Positions 1 through 670 of a stretch of 670 bases of DNA are shown here, in pieces (the stretch's first letter is position 1; each line of letters opens with the position of its first letter). This stretch comes from Escherichia coli. GTDB taxonomy: Bacteria > Pseudomonadota > Gammaproteobacteria > Enterobacterales > Enterobacteriaceae. The notes beneath the pieces were generated by a model. The model saw only the letters and a program-made list of their open reading frames with translations, did no database searches and was not told where the DNA came from. The position numbers and the translations under genes were made by a program. The stretch is from the NCBI RefSeq assembly GCF_003334385.1, contig NZ_QOWN01000153.1. The stretch is one strand, 5' to 3'.

Positions 1-670
1 GAGGGGCCGTTCTACTTCCTCTTCACCGACAAGGATGGCGAAAAATACGGTCGCGCAAACAAACTTTCTGGTCTGGATAAGGCGCTGTCTGCTGGGGCTA
101 CTGAAATCACGAAAGAAGAATATTTCGCCCGCAAAAACGGTACATACTCAGGTTCACAACAAAATACTGGTGCATCTGACACGACCGCACAACCAGGGTC
201 AGTAAAAGTTACCGCTGACGAAGTAAACAAAATTATGCAGGCAGCCAATATCAGCCAGCCTGACGCCGATGAACTGCTTGCAGTATCACGTGGTGAATTT
301 GTTGAAGGGATTAGCGACCCGAATGATCCGAAATGGGTTAAGGGGAACCAGACCCGCGATTCTGTGAACCAGAACCAGCAAGAAACGGAACAGAACGACC
401 AGAAAGCGGAACAAAACAGCCCAAATGCGTTACAAAACGAGCCAGAAACGAAACAGCCTGAATCAGTGGCGCAACAGGAAGTGGAAAAAGTCTGCACCGC
501 CTGCGGTCAGACCGGCGGCGGCAACTGCCCTGATTGTGGCGCGGTAATGGGCGACGCAACATACCAGGAAACATTCGATGAAGAGTATCAGCCTGAAGTT
601 CAGGAAGATGATCCGGAGGAAATGGAAGGCGCTGAACATCCACACAAGGAGAACACTGGCGGCAATCAGC
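1..670 (+). CDS. recE: Internal fragment (both ends outside the window) of a RecE-like protein (exonuclease VIII of Rac-type prophages), covering the poorly characterised region upstream of the C-terminal nuclease domain
   Basis: Seen in sequence: frame +1 is open for all 223 complete codons (nt 1-669) with no stop. Codon choice is enterobacterial (CTG, CCG, GCG, AAA, GAA, CAG, AAC preferred) and the product is hydrophilic and protein-like, whereas the minus-strand ORFs translate to Cys/Phe/Ser/Trp-rich strings. Recalled, not searched: the segment [28 protein letters not shown]...[16 protein letters not shown]...[30 protein letters not shown]...[12 protein letters not shown] closely matches my memory of the E. 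coli K-12 RecE middle region, with scattered substitutions. Confidence that frame +1 is coding is about 0.85; confidence in the recE assignment is about 0.6. Confidence 0.7.
361..489 (+). other. Gln/Asn/Glu-rich low-complexity linker within the CDS ([43 protein letters not shown]), probably intrinsically disordered
   Basis: Direct translation of frame +1. The stretch is dominated by Q, N, E, K, P, S, T and has no aromatic or large hydrophobic residues. The DNA is built from reiterated CAG/AAC/GAA/CAA codons. Confidence 0.6.
493..537 (+). other. Putative C4 zinc-ribbon/zinc-knuckle motif CxxC-x7-CxxC ([16 protein letters not shown]) within the CDS
   Basis: Four Cys codons at nt 493-495, 502-504, 526-528 and 535-537 (TGC, TGC, TGC, TGT) in frame +1. 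They are the only Cys in the 223 translated residues and sit in a Gly-rich hairpin-like context (CxxCG...GGG...CPDCG). The spacing is typical of a small Zn-binding ribbon. Metal binding cannot be shown from sequence. Confidence 0.55.
541..669 (+). other. Strongly acidic segment following the zinc ribbon ([43 protein letters not shown])
   Basis: Direct translation: 14 Asp/Glu against 1 Lys (plus 2 His) in 43 residues, interspersed with Tyr/Phe. Compositional call only. Confidence 0.55.

Noticed and set aside
325-336. gatccg...aaatgg motif recurring at nt 610-625, and GATC Dam sites at nt 325-328 and 610-613
   Set aside because: A short imperfect match consistent with chance reuse of Asp-Pro codons (gat ccg). 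Two GATC sites in 670 nt is unremarkable.
12-497. 161-aa minus-strand ORF from the supplied track
   Set aside because: Its translation is Cys/Phe/Ser/Trp-rich ([35 protein letters not shown]...), the usual result of reading an E/K/Q-rich gene antisense. It appears to start at GTG rather than ATG. It overlaps a far more plausible + strand coding frame across its full length, so it is a shadow ORF.
497-530. GC-rich stretch with short inverted repeats (ccgc-ct-gcgg, ggtc-a-gacc) that might look like a hairpin or terminator
   Set aside because: The stems are only 4 bp with 1-2 nt loops, there is no downstream T-tract, and the GC richness is explained by Cys/Gly codons of the zinc-ribbon motif.
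615-624. GGAGGA followed by an in-frame ATG (nt 622-624), resembling a ribosome-binding site plus internal start
   Set aside because: The spacing is only about 1 nt, far shorter than a functional Shine-Dalgarno spacing. The bases are fully explained as Glu-Glu-Met codons (gag gaa atg) of the ongoing CDS.
338-643. 101-aa minus-strand ORF from the supplied track
   Set aside because: Arg/Pro/Ser/Cys-rich low-complexity translation ([15 protein letters not shown]...), entirely antisense to the + frame 1 CDS, with no independent coding signal.
463-645. 60-aa minus-strand ORF from the supplied track
   Set aside because: Short Phe/Leu-rich antisense translation nested within the + strand CDS and overlapping the other minus-strand ORFs. 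No support for a real gene.
646-651. AAGGAG Shine-Dalgarno-like hexamer near the 3' end of the window
   Set aside because: No ATG, GTG or TTG start codon follows within the remaining 19 nt, and the hexamer is in-frame Lys-Glu coding sequence (aag gag). An internal start just beyond the window cannot be excluded but is unsupported.
1-670. Scan for Chi (GCTGGTGG or its complement), tRNA-like structure, CRISPR repeats and IS-type terminal inverted repeats
   Set aside because: None found by eye. The closest Chi-like strings (gctgggg at nt 91-97, ctggtgc at nt 166-172) are not Chi, and the window is uniformly coding with no repeat-spacer periodicity.

Overview
The whole 670-nt window appears to be the interior of a single protein-coding gene on the + strand, in frame +1 (nt 1 to 669, no stop codon, open at both ends). 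The supplied ORF track lists only minus-strand ORFs, which I judge to be antisense shadow ORFs. The + frame translates to [223 protein letters not shown]. From about nt 262 onward this closely resembles, from memory and without a database search, the middle region of E. coli K-12 RecE (exonuclease VIII, Rac prophage), just upstream of its C-terminal nuclease domain. The first ~87 codons do not match what I recall of K-12 RecE, which may indicate a mosaic allele. Within the window the protein has three parts: a Gln/Asn/Glu-rich linker, a CxxC-x7-CxxC zinc-ribbon motif, and a strongly acidic segment. I see no RNA genes, CRISPR repeats, mobile-element termini, promoters or terminators. I cannot support a novel multi-gene system from this window; the most interesting item is the functionally unexplained zinc ribbon in this part of RecE.
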